Below are positions 40,536 through 50,075 of a stretch of 64,000 nucleotides of DNA, one piece after another. The stretch is from Polyangiales bacterium. Its GTDB lineage: Bacteria; Myxococcota_A; Polyangia; Polyangiales; Ga0077539. The stretch spans positions 64,001 through 128,000 of the forward strand of contig JBGARZ010000018.1 in the NCBI GenBank assembly GCA_044229975.1. The letters run 5' to 3'. Both the position numbers and the translations under genes were made by a program. Positions within the stretch are counted from its first letter, which is position 1, and each line of letters starts with the position of its first letter. Below the pieces are notes generated by a model that was not told where the DNA came from, ran no database searches, and was given only the letters and a program-made list of their open reading frames with translations.

Positions 40536-43500
40536 ATGCCCGCCATCCTGCCCCGCGCGCTCGACCTCCTCGAAGTCCACGAGATCCCGGCGGAGTACTC
40601 CGCGACGCGCATGAGGGCGTTCGTCGAGCGGACGCGTGGCGCCCAAGGGGCCGAGCTGGCCAACGCGCAGACGGTCTTCAACCTCCTGTGCGAAGCCTTG
40701 CAGGTGCCACCGCCGTCTCTCAAGGACGCCGGCGCCCACACCCCCTACTGCTTCGAGGCCGACGTACTCGACGGCGCCGCGCACCGCCGGATGGACGTCT
40801 ACAAGCGCGGGCACTTCATCTTCGAGGCGAAGCAGGGCGCCGATCTGGTCGACACCGCGGGCGCCCTCCAGGCCTCCTCCAAGGGCCACGCGAAGACGCC
40901 CAAGGGGACCGGTGTGCGCGGCACGAAGGTGTGGCGCGACGCGATGAGCAGCGGCCGGGTGCAGGTTGGCCGCTACGCCGCCGCCGTCACGCGCCGCGGC
41001 GACCCGAAGCCGCCCTTCCTCCTCCTCGCCGACCTCGGGCACCGGCTATGGGTCTGGTCGAGCTTCTCCCCGGACGCCGTGGACGACTACGGCGACTTGG
41101 AAGAGCTCGCTGCCTTCGCCTGGGAGGAGCTCGCCGACCCGCGCGTTTTCCGCTTTCTGCGAACGGTCTTCACCGACCCGCGGTCGCTCGATGAGGACGC
41201 CATCGGTCAGCGCATCACGGCGGAAGTCGCCGACCTCGTGGGCGCCCTCGCCGTGCAGCTCGAGAAGCGGGAGCCGGGCGACGTCGTCGGCGACTTCCTG
41301 ATGAAGTGCGTCTTCACGATGTTCGCCGAGGACGTGGGCCTACTGCCGCGCGGGCTCTTCACCGAGCGCCTCGACAAGTGGATCGCGGACAAACAGTCGG
41401 GGCGCGAGGGGACGTTCGTCCGCGGGCTGCGCGCACTCTGGGCGCGCATGGACGCCGGCGGCGACCTCGACTCCGGCGAGCGGCTGCGGCAGTTCAACGG
41501 CTACCTCTTCAAGCAGCACGAGCCCATCGACCTCACGCTCGGAGAACTGGAGGCGCTGCGCCGCGCCGCCGCGGCCGACTGGCGACGAGTGTCGCCCGCG
41601 ATCTTCGGCACGTTACTCGAACGAGCGCTCACCCCGGCCGACCGCCACCGGCTCGGCGCCCACTACACCCCGGAGCCGTACATCCGCCGCCTCGTCGACC
41701 GCACGATGATGGGGCCGCTGCGCGCCGAGTGGACGCTCGTGCGCGCCGAGATGGAGCTCGCCGAGCGCACGGCGAAGTCCCCGGCGGCCGGACGGAAGAG
41801 GGCCGCGGCGCTTGGGGCGGCGTTCCGCAAGCGCCTCGCCGGCGTGCGCGTGCTCGACCCCGCGTGCGGGAGTGGGAACTTCCTCTACGTCGCACTCAAG
41901 GAGCTCAAGCGCCTCGAAGGCGAGGTCGAGCGCGCCCTCGAGGCGGCGGGCGGATACCAGGCGCCGATGGACTACCAGGGCGAGTCGGTGCACCCGGTGC
42001 AGTTCCACGGCCTCGAGGTGAAGCCCTGGGCGGCGAAGATCGCGGAGCTCGTCCTCTGGATCGGCTACCTCCAGTGGCAGACCTCCGCGGGCCGCCTCGG
42101 GCGCATGCCCGACCCGCTCATCCAGGACCTGCACCACATCGAGGCCCGCGATGCGCTCATCACCTGGCGCGCGAAGGAGCCGGTGCTCGATGAGCACGGC
42201 AAGCCCGTGCTGCGCGCCGTGGGCGTGACGGACAAGAAAGCCGTGCGGCGCATGGCGCCGATCGAGCGGTACCTCGGCGTGCAACGCGCCGCGTGGCCCC
42301 AGGTCGACTTCGTGGTGGGCAACCCGCCCTTCATCGGCAACAAGCGACTGATGGACCTGTTGGGGAGCGGCTACACCGAGGCCATCAAGGTGGCGTACCC
42401 CGAGGTCCCGGGGACGGCGGACCTCGTGATGTGGTGGTGGTGGCGCGCCGCCGACCTCGTCGCGCAAGGGAAGCTGCGGGCCTTCGGTTTCGTCACGACC
42501 AACAGCATCACTGGGAGCTTCAACCGCGGGGTGGTGGCCGAGGCCGTCGACCGGAAGAAGCTCCGCCTCGGGTACGCGATCGCGGACCACCCCTGGTACG
42601 AGGAGGGCGCGGCCGTTCGCATCGCGATGACCATGGCGACGAAGGCCGCGGGCCCGTCGGTGAAGGGGACCGTCGTCGACGAACGGAAGACGAAGGCCGC
42701 GGAGCTCGAGAGCGTTCGCGTCGAGGAGCGCGAGGTGCCTGCGATCCACCCGGACCTCTCGGCCGGCGCGCGGGTCACTGAGGCGGTGCCGCTGCGCGCC
42801 AACGAGGGCCTGTGCTTCCAGGGGATGAACCTCGTTGGCGAGGGGTTCCGACTGACCAGGGAGGAGGTCGCCGGGCACGGCTACGATCCTGACGCGCTAC
42901 CAGCGGTGCTCCGCCCCTATCTGATCGGGCGCGACCTCGTGCAGAAGCGGCAGGAGCGCTACGTCATCGACTTCTATGGGTTGGAGCCGGACGACGCTCG
43001 CAGGGCCCATCCCACACTTTGGGAGCACCTCGTCAAGCACGTGAAGCCTGAGCGGGAGAAGAACAACCGCGAGATCCGCAGGCGCAAGTGGTGGTTGTTC
43101 GGGGAGACGGTGGGCAGGCTCCGGCGAGCGGCGACGGGCGTGAGCCAGTATTGCGCGACCTGCCGGACAGCCCGACACCGACTGTTCTCGACCATTCCCA
43201 CCGAGGTACTGCCGGACACCAAGCTCGTTGCGATCACGCTCGAAGGAGCGGAGTTCTTTGCTGTGCTCTCCAGCCGCGTCCACCTCGTGTGGGCCCACAG
43301 CAAGAGCGGCTTCCTCGGCGTCGGCAACGACCCGACTTACAACCACAGCGACATCTTCGAGTCGTTCCCCTTCCCCGACATGCCTCCCGCTGTCCGTGTC
43401 CGCATTCGCGCCCGCGGCGAGGCCGTGGAGCATCACCGTCGCGAGCGCCAGCGGGAGAACCCTGACCTCGGCCTCACGGACATTTACAACGTCGTCGAGA

Positions 43501-44033
43501 AGCTGCGACGGAGGGAGATGCTCGCGGACCCGGAGAAGGCGGTCGCGACGCGCGCGCAGATCCACACACTCGTGCAGCTCCACGACGAACTCGACCGTGC
43601 GGTGCTCGACGCCTACGGCTGGCCCAACGACGCAGCCGACGACGACCTGCTCACGCGCCTCGTCGCGCTCAACCAACAGCGCGCCGCAGAGGAGGTCCGC
43701 GGAGTGGTCCGTTGGCTGCGGCCCGAGTTCCAAGCGCCCGAAGCAGACGCGCAAACCGCACTCCCCGAGGCCGGCGGAGCGAAGCCCTCGCGTACACGCA
43801 CCAAGGCGCCAAGTGCCAACCGATGGCCCGCGGACCTGCCCGGCCAGATCGCCGCCGTGCTCGCCGCGCTCGACGTCTTCGGCGGCGAGGCGCCGCTGGC
43901 GGCACTGGCGGACGGCCTCGGCGGCGCTCCGACCGAGAGCGTGAGCATGGTGTTGGAGTGCCTACTCGTCGCGCAGAGGGTCGCGCGCACAAGCGACGAG
44001 GACGGCGCCGAGCGCTGGGTGCTGCGCGCGTAG
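40536..44033 (+). CDS. MmeI-like (type IIL/IIG) fused restriction endonuclease-adenine methyltransferase
   Basis: N-terminal D..KRGHFIFEAK nuclease motif, GAHYTP, VLDPACGSGNF (motif I), GNPPF (motif IV), TRD, and C-terminal LDRAVLDAYGW. Start may be 40464, 40536 or 40611. Confidence 0.9.
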   Translation: MPAILPRALDLLEVHEIPAEYSATRMRAFVERTRGAQGAELANAQTVFNLLCEALQVPPPSLKDAGAHTPYCFEADVLDGAAHRRMDVYKRGHFIFEAKQGADLVDTAGALQASSKGHAKTPKGTGVRGTKVWRDAMSSGRVQVGRYAAAVTRRGDPKPPFLLLADLGHRLWVWSSFSPDAVDDYGDLEELAAFAWEELADPRVFRFLRTVFTDPRSLDEDAIGQRITAEVADLVGALAVQLEKREPGDVVGDFLMKCVFTMFAEDVGLLPRGLFTERLDKWIADKQSGREGTFVRGLRALWARMDAGGDLDSGERLRQFNGYLFKQHEPIDLTLGELEALRRAAAADWRRVSPAIFGTLLERALTPADRHRLGAHYTPEPYIRRLVDRTMMGPLRAEWTLVRAEMELAERTAKSPAAGRKRAAALGAAFRKRLAGVRVLDPACGSGNFLYVALKELKRLEGEVERALEAAGGYQAPMDYQGESVHPVQFHGLEVKPWAAKIAELVLWIGYLQWQTSAGRLGRMPDPLIQDLHHIEARDALITWRAKEPVLDEHGKPVLRAVGVTDKKAVRRMAPIERYLGVQRAAWPQVDFVVGNPPFIGNKRLMDLLGSGYTEAIKVAYPEVPGTADLVMWWWWRAADLVAQGKLRAFGFVTTNSITGSFNRGVVAEAVDRKKLRLGYAIADHPWYEEGAAVRIAMTMATKAAGPSVKGTVVDERKTKAAELESVRVEEREVPAIHPDLSAGARVTEAVPLRANEGLCFQGMNLVGEGFRLTREEVAGHGYDPDALPAVLRPYLIGRDLVQKRQERYVIDFYGLEPDDARRAHPTLWEHLVKHVKPEREKNNREIRRRKWWLFGETVGRLRRAATGVSQYCATCRTARHRLFSTIPTEVLPDTKLVAITLEGAEFFAVLSSRVHLVWAHSKSGFLGVGNDPTYNHSDIFESFPFPDMPPAVRVRIRARGEAVEHHRRERQRENPDLGLTDIYNVVEKLRRREMLADPEKAVATRAQIHTLVQLHDELDRAVLDAYGWPNDAADDDLLTRLVALNQQRAAEEVRGVVRWLRPEFQAPEADAQTALPEAGGAKPSRTRTKAPSANRWPADLPGQIAAVLAALDVFGGEAPLAALADGLGGAPTESVSMVLECLLVAQRVARTSDEDGAERWVLRA

Positions 44034-44045
44034 AGTCCGTGCCTT

Positions 44046-44303
44046 CTACGAATTCTCTGGTGCGACCGCCGAGGCAAGGAGCCCCCGCAGTCCTGTCAGA
44101 AACTGCGCGCGCTCTTCGCGGTCATCGTCGGAGCTATCGAGCAGGCTCTCCAATTCTTCGATCGCTGCCTCGACATCCGCACGTTGCACGGGTCCCCCTC
44201 GGATGAGCGCCGATCCGACGACGTTGAAGTGATCGTCATCGCCGTAGCCGTGAAGTTGGCATAGCGCTGCCCCGAACTCCCTCGGGTCACGGACGTCAAT
44301 CAA
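44046..44303 (-). CDS. Small acidic hypothetical protein
   Basis: GGAGG RBS upstream of TTG; helical acidic sequence; convergent with the R-M gene. Confidence 0.45.
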   Translation of the reverse strand: MIDVRDPREFGAALCQLHGYGDDDHFNVVGSALIRGGPVQRADVEAAIEELESLLDSSDDDREERAQFLTGLRGLLASAVAPENS

Positions 44304-44450
44304 GGCGTCCTCCCGTCTCGCAGATCGCGCCGCGAGTCGGCGCGCTGCTTTGGCAGAGCGCGGGCCTCGGACGTCCAATGCTTGTGCGCGGGCCTCGGCC
44401 CGTGCTGTTCTACGACCATCTTCATCGAACTGATCCTTCGGTGAGGGGAG

Positions 44451-44484
44451 AAGCCCCGGGCGCGTGCTAGGCGTTCCGGGGCTT
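44451..44484. terminator. Stem-loop AAGCCCCGG...CCGGGGCTT, terminator-like
   Basis: Perfect 9-bp arms with short T runs on both strands. Confidence 0.5.
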
Positions 44485-44737
44485 TCGATTGGGCGCAGCG
44501 CGCCACCGGAGGCACCTCAACAGAAGGGGCGGGCAAACGCCACTACCCGTCGGACATACCCTGTCACCGCGAAATCACGGAAAAATCAGGCATTCCAAGA
44601 GCGGGTGTCCGCAGCAGAGTAGGCAGCCGACGAGCGGTTGTTCGCGCTTTAATGGGGTCGACGCAGTGCAGCGGCCAGCGACGAGGTGAGTGCTCGGCAA
44701 TGGGTTGCTGGGCGAGGTCCGAGGTGCTGCGGCAGAT

Positions 44738-45604
44738 TCAGCGACCGATCACTTTGGCGAATCGCTGCAGGTTGACCCATTGAACCTCCAGCAGGTCGCC
44801 CCCCATCCCGGTAGTCGCCTCGGAGAGTCGGTGCAGCACGAGACCGGCGTCTGGCACTTCGGCCACGGTGTGTCCTCGCGCCGGATTGTGGGGCTGGCCG
44901 CCGGCGAATCCGAGCGTTCCTCGGGTTATGCCAATGGTGCGGTCGCCATGGTCGGACTGCCCTCGAAAGGTGAAGTACTCGTCCGCCGTTGGGGGGTCCT
45001 CAACCAACACCACACCAAGACCGTCGAAGATGCGGTGCATCCCTTCGACGTCGCGCGCATCCATCCGCCGCAGCGTCTCGGCGCAGGAGCGGAAGAACCG
45101 ATCGGGCCCGCGCCCCTCCCGGGCGTAAAGGCACCCGAGGCGGGCTAGGCAGTTGGTGACCTCCCGGTCGGTGACGTCCAGCGCCGCGGTGAGCGAGCGC
45201 CGAAGGCTCTCTCGAGACCCGGGGCTCTGCGCCTGGCGGAGGAACTCCTCGAAGGCCGCGTCGGCGCCGACCGTCGCGACCACCGCTTCGCCCCACGCCC
45301 CGACCTGCCGCGCCCTCGGCTCGTCGCTCGACCGGAGTTGGCCGAACGCCGCGCCGGCCGCTGCGGCCGACGGAACGCTCAGCAGCAACCACGCGAGCGC
45401 AAAGACAGGACCGGACTCGGCGGGCAGTCCCAGCAAGAGCAGCGACTGCACCACCGCGGGCCCCACCGCCCCCAAGCCCTTGCCGGCGAGGTCCTTCACC
45501 AGCGCCTCGCCGCCCTTCTCGTTGGCCCGCTTGCGGGCGCGCTGGAGCCAGTCCGCAAGCGCTTGACGCCGATGGAGCGCCCGACCGTCCGATCCCTTCG
45601 ACAT
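44738..45604 (-). CDS. Hypothetical protein
   Basis: 288-aa ORF with hydrophobic hairpin near the N-terminus. No recognised family. Confidence 0.6.
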   Translation of the reverse strand: MSKGSDGRALHRRQALADWLQRARKRANEKGGEALVKDLAGKGLGAVGPAVVQSLLLLGLPAESGPVFALAWLLLSVPSAAAAGAAFGQLRSSDEPRARQVGAWGEAVVATVGADAAFEEFLRQAQSPGSRESLRRSLTAALDVTDREVTNCLARLGCLYAREGRGPDRFFRSCAETLRRMDARDVEGMHRIFDGLGVVLVEDPPTADEYFTFRGQSDHGDRTIGITRGTLGFAGGQPHNPARGHTVAEVPDAGLVLHRLSEATTGMGGDLLEVQWVNLQRFAKVIGR

Positions 45605-45894
45605 GAGCCCAACCCTCGGGGTGCGACACTACCTCGACCGACGGGGTGACGGGGGCCTCAGACCGAAGCTACCAACGATGGCCGGGATGGGGCGGAGAAT
45701 GGCAGCGCGGTCCGCAACAGCGCCCCCGAACGGCAAGCGACAGCAGACCGCGTGGCCCGGTGGAACCCAAGCGGGCCCGGAGGCGCGTCACCTCGGAGTG
45801 AGGTCGCGGACAGTTGCTGTCGATGGGGTCGAACGAGTGGCGAAACGTCGACTGCGCGCGATGGCGCTCGGAGTGGAGGAACCGACGCCGCTCG

Positions 45895-46773
45895 CTACGA
45901 GCAGTACCCGTATGAGCCGTCGCCGTAGCGGGAGCACGCCAGCCCGTAGGGGCACTGCCCAGGCCCGCCGCACCGGAGATAGCAGCGGCTGGTGTTCGTA
46001 TCGCACACGCGCACGCTCGGCGAGTCCGACGGCGGCGAGGGGCAGTCCGCATCCGCCGTGCAACCCCGGGCGCAGAAGCGGCGCCCGTCGCCGAAGGCCA
46101 TACACACTGCGAAGGGCCCGCACTCGGAGGGCATCGCCGACGCGGCGCTCGTGCAGATGTTGTACGCCGCAACCGCGGGGCACCGCACCCCGCCGACGAC
46201 CGCGCACGAGGTCACGGACGCCGAGTAGCACGACCGGGCGCCGTCGCACCGACGCTGCCCGCAGCGGAAGCCGCTCGGGCAGTCGACGTCCTGCGCGCAG
46301 GCCATGCACATCGTCTCGCACGCCCCGCAGTCGTCCGAGCAGCTCGTGCACGTCTCGCTGCCGTTGCAGGTCCCGTCTCCGCAGCGCGCCGCGCACGCAC
46401 CGCAATCGTCGGAGCAGGTCGTGCAGGTCTCCGCCCCGTTGCACGTCCCATCCCCGCACCTCGCCGACGCGCATGCGCCGCAGTCTGCACCGCACGAAGA
46501 ACACGTCTCGGTCCCGTTGCAGGTCCCGTCCCCGCACCGCGCCGAAGTCCCGGCGTCTCTCGCTGCACAGACGCAGGCGTCGAAGCCCGCGCCGCTCGCG
46601 TTGCACGACTGCGCTCCCATCGCTCCGCTCGCGCACACGCAAGCCTGCGTCGCCCCCGGAGTGCAGCCGCCGATCGGGATCGACTCCCCACCGCACCCCA
46701 GCACAAGGCTCACCACCGTCACCGCCCACACGACCATGCGTGCGGCGATCCGCCGTCCATCTCGTCGTCTCAT
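45895..46773 (-). CDS. Cys-rich lipoprotein with CGDGxCNGxExCxxCxxDC repeats
   Basis: Lipobox VLGC; three tandem repeats. Start may be 46737. Confidence 0.8.
   Translation of the reverse strand: MRRRDGRRIAARMVVWAVTVVSLVLGCGGESIPIGGCTPGATQACVCASGAMGAQSCNASGAGFDACVCAARDAGTSARCGDGTCNGTETCSSCGADCGACASARCGDGTCNGAETCTTCSDDCGACAARCGDGTCNGSETCTSCSDDCGACETMCMACAQDVDCPSGFRCGQRRCDGARSCYSASVTSCAVVGGVRCPAVAAYNICTSAASAMPSECGPFAVCMAFGDGRRFCARGCTADADCPSPPSDSPSVRVCDTNTSRCYLRCGGPGQCPYGLACSRYGDGSYGYCS
46318..46536 (-). repeat. Three tandem ~75-bp coding repeats (CGDGTCNGxETCxxCxxDCGAC)
   Basis: Visible in both translation and DNA. Confidence 0.85.
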
Positions 46774-46828
46774 CGAAACCTCCCTCTGCGTTCCGGTGCC
46801 GACCCTTAATCTCGACGCACATTGCAGA

Positions 46829-46849
46829 CAAGATTATTAGGCAGTCTTG
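46829..46849. promoter_or_regulatory. Possible XRE operator CAAGA-N11-TCTTG
   Basis: Dyad in the AT-rich divergent intergenic region upstream of the XRE gene. Confidence 0.3.
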
Positions 46850-46893
46850 AGTGAGTAAATTGATCTCCGTCGGGCCCCGACAGTGGGCCCCTG

Positions 46894-47250
46894 ATGGATC
46901 CCCCCGAAACCCCAGCCGATGTCCTCCGCGACGTCGGACGGCGCATCGCAGAGTTGCGGGTGGCCCAGGGCTGGACCCAGGAGCAGATGGCAGAAGCGCT
47001 CGACGTGAACCTCCCCTACCTCCAGCGGATCGAAGGGGGCCGGGAGAACCTCACGGTCCGCTCGCTCGCGAGGCTCGCCCACGTTCTGGGCGTCAGGGTC
47101 GGGGCCCTCTTCGAGGCGCCGACGGATCGGACGGTGCGCGGGCCCGGTCGACCCCGCCGACCCAGGTCCACCGCGGTCGCACCGACCGAAGGGCATCCCT
47201 CCCCCGAAGAAGACGCGGCTGCGACCGCCTCCCAGAAGCCAGCCAAGTAG
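46894..47250 (+). CDS. XRE-family HTH transcriptional regulator
   Basis: GRRIAELRVAQGWTQEQMAEALDV...YLQRIEGGRENLT..SLARLA. Confidence 0.9.
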   Translation: MDPPETPADVLRDVGRRIAELRVAQGWTQEQMAEALDVNLPYLQRIEGGRENLTVRSLARLAHVLGVRVGALFEAPTDRTVRGPGRPRRPRSTAVAPTEGHPSPEEDAAATASQKPAK

Positions 47251-47305
47251 GGGGCGACTGTCGCTCGCTGGATCTCTTCATACCGAAACGATATGGTTTA
47301 CCGCC

Positions 47306-48268
47306 ATGTCACCCCCCACACGGACCAACCTGCGCAAGGTCCAGCCCTTCCTGCTGCCCCACGGGATCGCCCAGGCCCTGGAAGCAACCGCCCGCGCGAT
47401 GGCGTCGCCCATGATGCCGCACGTCAGCCTGGCGGCGGCTGCGCGTGAGCTCATCGACAAGGGCCTCGTCTCGCTCGACGCGCTGCTGCAGTCCGGTCGG
47501 GAGGTGGTCTGGGAGGCCGTCGACCCGCCGCGCGGTGCACGTCGGCGCGAGGCTGCATCGTCGAGCGACACGCGGGTGCGCGACGACACCTACGTCCAGG
47601 TCTCGCCGCTCGCGCTCTCGGAGGAGATCATCGAGCGCCTGGAAGACGTGCGACGACGCCTCTCCGCGGCGAAGGGCACGAAGGTCTCGACGGTGAAGGC
47701 GCTGCGCGAGTCGCTGGTCCGGGGCCTCGCCGCGCGGGAGCAGGCCCACGCGGGCGTCGAGGCTCTGCTCCTGAAGTACCCGCGGGAGTTCGGCGCGCTC
47801 GGCTTCGGCTCGGCGGCACAGGTCACCGTGGTCGCATCGGGCGTGACTCAGCGCTACGCCCAGCCCGCGGGGAAGGCCAATCCGTGGGGCCGCCCAACTC
47901 GCGCGGCTTCCAAGCGCAAGGCGACCCCTGCCCCCAAGGTCGCCACGAGGTCGACGACGACGGCGCGCCCCCGGTCACGCGGTCATCACCAACAAGCCGC
48001 CGTCCGCAAGGTGCCGTCTGGAGACGATGACGATGGCGGAGGCGACGGTGAACCACCACCCGCGCGGCGACCGCCCGCACAGGCCCCCACAACTGAGACA
48101 GCGAGCATCGCGAGCGCGACGCCGCCCGCGCGAGAGCCTCGGCTGGCGGATCTGGCGTGGCGGGCGAAGGCCCAGAGCGCCCTGGCTCGGCTCTTCCTGG
48201 CCACTGTCGGCCGACCGCAGCAACAGCCTCTTCGAGGCCCCGTGACCCCAGACCGAGGCAGGCAATGA
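47306..48268 (+). CDS. Putative tandem ribbon-helix-helix DNA-binding protein
   Basis: Two strand-helix-helix patterns (QPFLLPHGIAQALE..SLAAAARELIDKGL; PLALSEEIIERLE..STVKALRESLVRGL). Stop overlaps the integrase ATG. Confidence 0.55.
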   Translation: MSPPTRTNLRKVQPFLLPHGIAQALEATARAMASPMMPHVSLAAAARELIDKGLVSLDALLQSGREVVWEAVDPPRGARRREAASSSDTRVRDDTYVQVSPLALSEEIIERLEDVRRRLSAAKGTKVSTVKALRESLVRGLAAREQAHAGVEALLLKYPREFGALGFGSAAQVTVVASGVTQRYAQPAGKANPWGRPTRAASKRKATPAPKVATRSTTTARPRSRGHHQQAAVRKVPSGDDDDGGGDGEPPPARRPPAQAPTTETASIASATPPAREPRLADLAWRAKAQSALARLFLATVGRPQQQPLRGPVTPDRGRQ

Positions 48269-49863
48269 AGGTGGCGATCTACGTCCGCGTCTCGACCGAC
48301 GAGCAGGCCCACAGCGCGGGGGCCCAGGAGGCCGGCGCGAGGGCCTGGGCCGAGGCACGTAGGCACACCGTCGTCGCCGTGTACCGCGACATCGGCCAGT
48401 CGGGCGCCGAGTGGGTGCGCCGACGCGGCATCCTCGACGTGCAGCTCGACGTCACCCGTACGCCGCGACCGTGGGACGCGCTCGTCGTCCGCGATCTCGA
48501 CCGCCTCGGACGCGACCAGGTCCGACTGCCCCTGCTGCTCTCCACCCTGGGTGACCACGATGCGAAGGTCATCGAGTGGTCCGTCGATCGCGTCGTCGAG
48601 CTCGACGCGGTGGGAATGATGATCGCGTCCATGCGCTCGGGCATCGCGGCGATCGAGCGGGAGAACATCGCCCACCGCACGCGCACCGCGCTCCGCCAGA
48701 AGGCCGAGCGCGGCCTGAACGTCGGCGGCATCGCCTACGGCTACCGCCACGTCCGGTCCCCAGACGGGGTGCGCGACGTCATCGACGAGGTCGAGGCCGG
48801 GGTGGTGCGCGAGGTGTTCGAGCGCGCCGCGAGCGGCCAGAGCGTACGCGTCATCGCCCACGACCTGAACCTTCGGGGCGTCCCCTCCCCTCGCGCCGGC
48901 AAGCGCGGCACCGGCACCTGGGCGCCGTCGGCGCTCTGGGTGATCGTACGCAACCCGCGCTACCGGGGGTTGATCGTGTGGGGCGCGGTCGGGTCGAAGT
49001 ACAAGGGTGGCTCTCGAGTCACGATCGACCGGCCGGACGCCGTGGAAAGGGTCGATCCCTCCCTCGCCATCGTGAGCACCGACCTGTGGCAGCGAGCGCA
49101 GTCGGAGGCTGACCCTGCACGGGTCGCCGCCGGGCGAGCGATCAAGCGCGGCGCCACGCCGAGGCATCTGCTGATTGGGCTCGCCGTCTGTGATCGGTGC
49201 GGCGGCCCCATTGGAAGCGCGCGACAACTGGCTGGCGGCGTGAGCGTTCCGGCGTACTGCTGCCTCTGGCACCGCGACCGCGGCGACGCGGTCTGCCCGG
49301 TGGGCTTCTGCCGCGTCGCGGAGCGGCTCGACCGGGTTCTGCTCGACTGGCTCGTCACGGAGGTACTGGACGCCGAGCTGATCGCCGGAGCGGTCGCCGA
49401 AGCCCGCCGGATGGCGCTTGCGACGGAGCCCGATACTCGCCTCGAACAACTGCGCGCCGAGGAGCGGGAGCACGTGCTGGCAGTGTCGCGCCTCACGACC
49501 GCCATCGAGATCGGGGCGGGCGAGGTATCGGAGATCGCCACCCGGCTGGCCCAGCGCTCGAAGCAGTTGGCAGAGGTGCGGTCAGCCCTGGCCCGTGAGA
49601 CCATGACGTCGTCGGAGATTCCGATCGACCTCGAGGCCCGGTTGGGCGCGGCAGCTAGAAATGTGAGGGAGGTGATGACGGCTGAGCCCGCCCAGGCGCG
49701 TGGAGTCCTGGAAGCCGTTCTCGTCGGCCGCGTGCGAGTGTCGCAGCCGGTGAAGCGCGGTCCCGTATGGCTGACTGCCGAAGCAGTCCCCGGGATGCTG
49801 CTCGCCTCTCAGGAGCAGCACCCCGGGCATACGGGGTATGTGGGTGACCCTAACGGGATTTGA
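48265..49863 (+). CDS. Large serine recombinase (integrase)
   Basis: YVRVST catalytic motif, DLDRLGR, YGY recombinase domain, LLIGLAVCDRCG...YCC...C zinc ribbon, coiled coil. Confidence 0.95.
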   Translation: MKVAIYVRVSTDEQAHSAGAQEAGARAWAEARRHTVVAVYRDIGQSGAEWVRRRGILDVQLDVTRTPRPWDALVVRDLDRLGRDQVRLPLLLSTLGDHDAKVIEWSVDRVVELDAVGMMIASMRSGIAAIERENIAHRTRTALRQKAERGLNVGGIAYGYRHVRSPDGVRDVIDEVEAGVVREVFERAASGQSVRVIAHDLNLRGVPSPRAGKRGTGTWAPSALWVIVRNPRYRGLIVWGAVGSKYKGGSRVTIDRPDAVERVDPSLAIVSTDLWQRAQSEADPARVAAGRAIKRGATPRHLLIGLAVCDRCGGPIGSARQLAGGVSVPAYCCLWHRDRGDAVCPVGFCRVAERLDRVLLDWLVTEVLDAELIAGAVAEARRMALATEPDTRLEQLRAEEREHVLAVSRLTTAIEIGAGEVSEIATRLAQRSKQLAEVRSALARETMTSSEIPIDLEARLGAAARNVREVMTAEPAQARGVLEAVLVGRVRVSQPVKRGPVWLTAEAVPGMLLASQEQHPGHTGYVGDPNGI

Positions 49864-49916
49864 ACCCGTATTACCGACGTGAGAGGCCGATGTCCTAACC
49901 GTTAGACGATAGGGCC
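49845..49916 (-). tRNA. tRNA-Glu(CTC)
   Basis: Cloverleaf GGCCCTA/TAGGGTC, anticodon loop CT-CTC-AC, T-loop TTCAAAT. Followed by CCC rather than an encoded CCA. Confidence 0.95.
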
Positions 49917-49924
49917 GAGAGAAC

Positions 49925-49998
<74 letters not shown>

Positions 49999-50027
49999 AG
50001 AGTGCATCTCGCCGGAGCGGGACTGGC

Positions 50028-50056
50028 GATGTACTCGGGTCCTTCTTCGACGTCAA
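50028..50056 (-). promoter_or_regulatory. Sigma70-type promoter for the tRNA pair
   Basis: TTGACG-N17-TACATC on the minus strand, about 30 nt upstream of tRNA-Gln. Confidence 0.5.
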
Positions 50057-50075
50057 CAACCTTTTCCAACATTTC

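Larger units (their letters stand above)
33200..49844. mobile_element. Genomic island (possibly composite) at the 3' end of tRNA-Glu
   Basis: Serine recombinase overlapping tRNA-Glu, R-M gene, XRE regulator, parA remnant, orphans and AT-richer intergenic tracts. The left boundary is not defined by a long direct repeat. Confidence 0.6.

Noticed and set aside
33200..49844. Long direct repeat of the tRNA-Glu 3' end marking the far island boundary
   Set aside because: Searched by eye for GTGACCCTAACGGG-like copies and found none. Only short matches exist.
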